This document shows, in pieces, positions 59,092 through 64,000 of a stretch of 64,000 bases of DNA. Both the position numbers and the translations under genes were made by a program. Source of the DNA: Candidatus Borrarchaeum weybense (lineage in GTDB: Archaea > Asgardarchaeota > Sifarchaeia > Borrarchaeales > Borrarchaeaceae); the NCBI GenBank assembly GCA_019057385.1, contig JAHQJS010000006.1, positions 837,038 to 901,037 on the forward strand, given 5' to 3'. Position 1 is the first letter of the stretch, and the number at the start of each line of letters is the position of its first letter. The notes under the pieces are model-generated. The model was not told the DNA's origin. It saw only the letters and a program-made list of their open reading frames with translations, and did not search any database.

Positions 59092-62070
59092 ATGCAACTA
59101 GAAATATTAGCTGCAAATTTATTTTTGATTATTCTAGTGATCATTGCTGTTGTTGTGGGGCTGCTAGCGAAATTCGAAAGAAGACTAATAAAACTTGCCA
59201 TCCGCAACTTAGGACGCAGAAAAACTCGCAATATTCTCACAGTTCTAGGAGTGACCTTGTCTATTTCATTATATGTAGCTTTTAATATATCAGCTGATAA
59301 TGCTCTTCAAAGTTTCTTTAATGTTATAGAAATTTCAGGAGGAAAGGTTGATTTCGAAATCACAAGACTTGATGGTGAACCTTTTGATCAGGATATTCTT
59401 GAAGATATTTTACAGGTTGAAGGTGTACAATCAGCAGCTCCCCGAATGCAGCGTTACTGTATTATCTTTACAAAGCCTTATGGGAATTCCACAGCAGCAC
59501 AAGTCGTTGGAATCGATCCAAAATACGATAATGAGTTTGGTGACTTATGGGATTATCAAACTAACGACCCAGTCAATGACCTCCTTCAGAAAAAGGTGGC
59601 TATAGTAAGCGAATTGCTAATGGAAGGAATTGCTTATGAAGAAGAAGATGATGATGGTAATGTCAGATTAGTTAATGCTACGGTTGGTGATCGCCTTAAA
59701 GTCAAATATCGAACGAGCGGAAACAGAGTAAGAACCAAAATTTTTGATATTGTAGCCTTTGCAGAAGCTACAGGAAAAATTCGAGAGGTGGGCTATGGTG
59801 CGTCTGTGTTTATTCCATTGAGGGAAGCACAGTCATTATATAAAGCCGGAAGCAAGATCGATAAGATTATTGTTGAAATGGACAAGGCTTACGCAGATGT
59901 GTGGGAAGATGTGCAGAAAAGGCTTGAGGATGTTGTGAAGGATGAGGGGTTAACTGTTTATGCTCCAAAACAAAGCCAGTTGGAATCAGCCCGTAGTGGC
60001 GTCGAAGGTATGCGAAGTGGTCTATTCTTTGCTGGTATGACTAGCTTGCTTGCCATGATCTTTTTGATCTTTAACGCCATTAATATGACAATCGCGGAGC
60101 GTAAATATGAGATCGGGGTGCTCCGCTCCATAGGATTTAAGAAACATCATATATTTCGACTATTCTTTTACGAAGTATTTATTATAGGTATTATTGGTAG
60201 CGCAACTGGTGTATTTGCAGGTATCGGCTTATCACGTGTGTTGTATTTGTATATCAAACAACTTTTTTTCTTAGAAGCTGAAACGGTAGTAGGTGCGGAA
60301 TTCGAAGCGCTTCCCATTAACCCTGCACATCTCCAAAATGGGTTCATAATCGGAGTAATATTTACGGTAATAGGAGGTTTGTATCCCCTTCTATCAATAA
60401 CTGGTTTGAAGATTATTTACGCATTACGCGCAGAAGCAAGGATAACCGAGAAACATGAGCTGAAACGTCGAATTGCATGGATTGCTGGAGGTATTGGCCT
60501 TATCCTTGGAGGTATAGGTCTTTTCATTGCATTATTGATGTTCCCACAAATAAATGTCAGTTTAGGTGAGTATGTAGGCTCTATTCTCGACGGAACGGCT
60601 CTTTTAATGATAGGAATTGGTGTAACCTTATTTGCGGGCGCACTCAAACGAAAATATATGATTCTTTATGCAGGTGTTACCTTGCTTGCAGTAGGGATTT
60701 ACGATACTTTCTATGTTGGATCTTTCATTGGGAGTTTTGTACTCATGGGTGGTTCCATCATCTTTACAGCAGGCGTCCTTAAAGGTGTGGGAGATTTTTT
60801 CAATTTCATCCTCAGACGCATTCCAGGGTTAAGATATGTGAGCACTCTGGCAACAAAAAATATCGCAAGAAAACCAACTCGTAGCACGTTAACTTTTGGT
60901 ATTTTTACAATTGCCTTAGCAATGGTTATTATAATGTCCGCCATTACTAATTCGATTGGAGCTGGAATAATCAATTGGGTCGATTCAAACATCGAGGCTG
61001 ACATGTTTGTAACTTCAAACACAGGGGCTCCTCCCAATCTCAGTAGCAATATCACCCGAAATATTGAAGGTATTCACTGGGAAAACACAAGTGAAGGGTG
61101 GGTTCCGGGTTGTACTATCCAAGAATTCGCTGGTGCGGCGTTTGATCTCTGGGAAGATGATTTTCCCTCATTGTTGATTGGCGTTAATAGTTCAAACTAC
61201 GCCGTAGTTAATGAAAATACACAAATCGTTGCCCTAAATGATACTGATGTCTATACACTCTTTAAACAGCTTAAGAATCCGAATGCAAACAATTGTATTC
61301 TCAGTGACAAACTAGCTGATGAACTAAAGGTAAAATTAGGGCAGAAAACACCAATCACAATAAAGGCTCATTTTAACTCCACTGAATTTAAAGTCATAGG
61401 GATCATACATAATGATATGTTTGGATATCCAGGAGCAGGATATTTCGGTATGATTGATATAGACAAATTATATGATTTCGGCTTCGAGGATACGGCTCAT
61501 ATGTTTACAATAAGGTTGGATAACTACTATCCGAATGGCACAGAAGTCGATGCGCAGGTTGTGGCAGACCAAATCGATGCTGTATGGGGAGATGAATATA
61601 AATTAGATTTCTCAATTAAAGAAGATATTAAAGAAGATATTGACGAACAAGTGCAAGAGATAGGTACATTCTTTTCAGTTATTAGTTACGCTTCGATCAT
61701 CGTTGGATTACTTGCATTAGTAACCACAATGATAAAAATAGTCAGTGAGCGACGCCGAGAAATAGGATTACTTCGCACAATAGGCATAAAAAGGGCAAAA
61801 GTAATGCAACTCATTCTGTTTGAATCAATATTTTTGGGTATGATCGGGCTCATACTTGGAATCATAGACGGATATATTCTAGGATTATCTATAGTAACGT
61901 TTATTGGTGAAGCTGGTGGAACACCATTCCAATGGGAATTTGTGATGCCATGGGCAACTGTTGCTCAAACCACTATTGTTGCTGTAATAGTAGCAATTGT
62001 TGGCGCTATATTTCCAGCATGGCAAGCTGGTAGAATAGCACCTGCAGAGTCACTAAGATATACTGGTTAA
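59092..62070 (+). CDS. FtsX/MacB-like ABC permease (copy 2)
   Basis: Colinear paralog of 44812-47787. Confidence 0.9.
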   Translation: MQLEILAANLFLIILVIIAVVVGLLAKFERRLIKLAIRNLGRRKTRNILTVLGVTLSISLYVAFNISADNALQSFFNVIEISGGKVDFEITRLDGEPFDQDILEDILQVEGVQSAAPRMQRYCIIFTKPYGNSTAAQVVGIDPKYDNEFGDLWDYQTNDPVNDLLQKKVAIVSELLMEGIAYEEEDDDGNVRLVNATVGDRLKVKYRTSGNRVRTKIFDIVAFAEATGKIREVGYGASVFIPLREAQSLYKAGSKIDKIIVEMDKAYADVWEDVQKRLEDVVKDEGLTVYAPKQSQLESARSGVEGMRSGLFFAGMTSLLAMIFLIFNAINMTIAERKYEIGVLRSIGFKKHHIFRLFFYEVFIIGIIGSATGVFAGIGLSRVLYLYIKQLFFLEAETVVGAEFEALPINPAHLQNGFIIGVIFTVIGGLYPLLSITGLKIIYALRAEARITEKHELKRRIAWIAGGIGLILGGIGLFIALLMFPQINVSLGEYVGSILDGTALLMIGIGVTLFAGALKRKYMILYAGVTLLAVGIYDTFYVGSFIGSFVLMGGSIIFTAGVLKGVGDFFNFILRRIPGLRYVSTLATKNIARKPTRSTLTFGIFTIALAMVIIMSAITNSIGAGIINWVDSNIEADMFVTSNTGAPPNLSSNITRNIEGIHWENTSEGWVPGCTIQEFAGAAFDLWEDDFPSLLIGVNSSNYAVVNENTQIVALNDTDVYTLFKQLKNPNANNCILSDKLADELKVKLGQKTPITIKAHFNSTEFKVIGIIHNDMFGYPGAGYFGMIDIDKLYDFGFEDTAHMFTIRLDNYYPNGTEVDAQVVADQIDAVWGDEYKLDFSIKEDIKEDIDEQVQEIGTFFSVISYASIIVGLLALVTTMIKIVSERRREIGLLRTIGIKRAKVMQLILFESIFLGMIGLILGIIDGYILGLSIVTFIGEAGGTPFQWEFVMPWATVAQTTIVAVIVAIVGAIFPAWQAGRIAPAESLRYTG

Positions 62071-62295
62071 TCCGTAGTTCTCCTCTCTTTCTTTTTAAAG
62101 ACTTTAAATGACAACACTCTGATATCTCAATTTTTGGGACAATAATTGAGTTTCCTCTATAGTAATGATTATATTGATGATCCATATTGAATTTTCGATG
62201 ATTAAAGGAAAGTTAACACTCGTAAACTTACAACTCCTGAACATAGATGCTTAATAGAGATATAAAATATTGTGTTGTGTCACGGGGGCGCAAAT

Positions 62296-63075
62296 TTGAG
62301 TGAGAATAGTGAAATTGTTGTCGAAACAATTGATTTAAGGAAAGATTACTTTCTAGGTGGCGTAGTTGTATCTGCTTTGCGAGGGATTAATCTCCAAGTG
62401 AAAAAAGGCGAGTTTTTAGTCATTATGGGCCCCTCTGGAAGTGGTAAATCAACTCTCTTAAATCTACTTGGTGGATTGGATTACCCCACGTCAGGAAAAG
62501 TCCTCATCAACAATCAAGACATTTCAAAAATGTCTGATGCTAAATTAACAGAATTACGCGCACAAGAAATAGGGTTTGTTTTTCAGTTCTATAATTTAGT
62601 ACCAGTCTTAACTGCCTTGGAAAATGTGGAATTGCCATTAATGCTTATAGGTATGCCTCGTAAAGAACGCAGAAAACGTGCTATAGAACTTTTAGAGATT
62701 GTCGGACTTGGGGATCGAATTAATAATCGCCCTGATGAACTTAGCGGCGGACAAAGACAACGTGTATCAATAGCGCGTGCGCTCGCAAATAATCCCTCAA
62801 TAGTCTTAGCTGATGAACCTACGGGTGATGTGGATACAAAAACTGGGGACGAAATTTTAGGATTGATGCATGATTTGAATGAAAACAGAGGTGTGACATT
62901 CATTGTCATAACACATGATCCTGTTGTTGCTGAACATTGTGATAGACTCATTCGAATAATTGATGGACAGATTTCTACTGATAAAATGACTGCAAAGAAG
63001 GTATTGAAATTTACTGAAGAAGAATTTAAAGAAGCATGTGAAGAACGTTTTGGTTCTGTTAGCGATACTGAATAA
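62296..63075 (+). CDS. LolD/MacB-type ABC ATPase (copy 3)
   Basis: Near-identical to copies 1 and 2. Confidence 0.92.
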   Translation: MSENSEIVVETIDLRKDYFLGGVVVSALRGINLQVKKGEFLVIMGPSGSGKSTLLNLLGGLDYPTSGKVLINNQDISKMSDAKLTELRAQEIGFVFQFYNLVPVLTALENVELPLMLIGMPRKERRKRAIELLEIVGLGDRINNRPDELSGGQRQRVSIARALANNPSIVLADEPTGDVDTKTGDEILGLMHDLNENRGVTFIVITHDPVVAEHCDRLIRIIDGQISTDKMTAKKVLKFTEEEFKEACEERFGSVSDTE

Positions 63076-63097
63076 AAAATAGTTCTATGGTGATCTT

Positions 63098-64000
63098 ATG
63101 CAATTACAGACTATAAGCGGTAGTATTCTCCTAATAATTCTTATAATCGCTGTAATTGTAATCGTTATCTTGCTAAAAGATCAAGATCTCATTCGAATGG
63201 CGATTCGAAATCTAGGACGCAGAAAAACACGCAATTTCCTTACTGTTGTTGGAATAAGCTTATCAATTTCATTATATGTGGCTTTTGATGCAGCCGCAAC
63301 AAATGCAAGTCAAACCTTTTTAGATATTATCGAACTTACAGGTGGAAATATTGACTTTGAAATCTCCAGGATTGACGGTGAAGCATTCGATGAAGATATT
63401 CTTGACAAAGTTTTACAGGTAGAGGGAGTAAAATCTGCAGCTCCCCGTTTGCAACGTTTTTGCATTCTCTCTATTTCCGATGATGGAAATTCCACTGCAG
63501 CACAAGTGATTGGCATAGACCCAAGATATGATAATGAATTTGGCGACTTATTTGACTATAAGAGTGGTGAAACAATTAATGATCTTGTAGTTGGACAGAA
63601 TGTCATCGTAAGCGAATTGGTACTCGATGGAATTACTTATGAAGAAGAAGATGATGATGGTGAAATCAGTTTAGTCAATGCTACAGTTGGCGATAGACTA
63701 AAAATAAGGTATAGAAGTGGCGGAAGTTCAAGATCGAGAGTTTTTGATATCGCAGCATTTGCTGAATCCACTGGTAAGGTTCGTGATGAGTCTTTTGGAT
63801 TAAGTGTGTGGGTTACCATCGATGCAGCTCGAAAATTATTCCCTAAGACTGGCGGTAAGATCGATAGGCTTATTATTGAATTAGATCCCGCATTTTCTGA
63901 TCAATTCGAAGAGGTTCAAAAAGGAATTGAGGATGTTGTTAAGGCAGAGGATGATCAACTTGAAGTATTCTCACCAAAACAAACTCAACTTGAAAATGCG
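63098..64000 (+). CDS. FtsX/MacB-like ABC permease (copy 3), truncated by the window end
   Basis: Hand translation MQLQTISGSILL...MAIRNLGRRKTRNFLT..., paralogous to copies 1 and 2. Confidence 0.88.
   Translation, partial: MQLQTISGSILLIILIIAVIVIVILLKDQDLIRMAIRNLGRRKTRNFLTVVGISLSISLYVAFDAAATNASQTFLDIIELTGGNIDFEISRIDGEAFDEDILDKVLQVEGVKSAAPRLQRFCILSISDDGNSTAAQVIGIDPRYDNEFGDLFDYKSGETINDLVVGQNVIVSELVLDGITYEEEDDDGEISLVNATVGDRLKIRYRSGGSSRSRVFDIAAFAESTGKVRDESFGLSVWVTIDAARKLFPKTGGKIDRLIIELDPAFSDQFEEVQKGIEDVVKAEDDQLEVFSPKQTQLENA

Overview
AT-rich archaeal chromosomal segment, most likely from an Asgard archaeon. Markers are a Rab-like small GTPase, TFB, DGGGP synthase, archaeal SAM synthetase, an archaeosortase and an IPGY-type C-terminal sorting signal. 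Housekeeping content: NhaP antiporter, KaiC-like ATPase, a 2-oxoacid:ferredoxin oxidoreductase operon split by an RHH-regulator/amtB/glnK cassette, surface-protein glycosylation genes, five MFS transporters and several ABC exporters, including three paralogous LolD/MacB-type ATPase+permease pairs. The main signal is non-coding: six IS200/IS605-superfamily elements and no tnpA. They are one full tnpB element (32079-33788) that splits a metallo-beta-lactamase gene between codons, two related ~310 bp mini-elements (left end + TATA + omegaRNA + right end), a 251 bp mini-element of a second family, a 48 bp single-hairpin remnant, and a stand-alone IscB-type (HEARO) omegaRNA element. One TnpB-omegaRNA mini-element sits inside the canonical 37/38 intron of a two-intron tRNA-Tyr(GTA) gene, and its ends base-pair so the splice motif is preserved. 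The IscB-type element sits between a gene's ribosome-binding site and its ATG and supplies a replacement ribosome-binding site. Annotations come from motif recognition by eye; no database searches were run.
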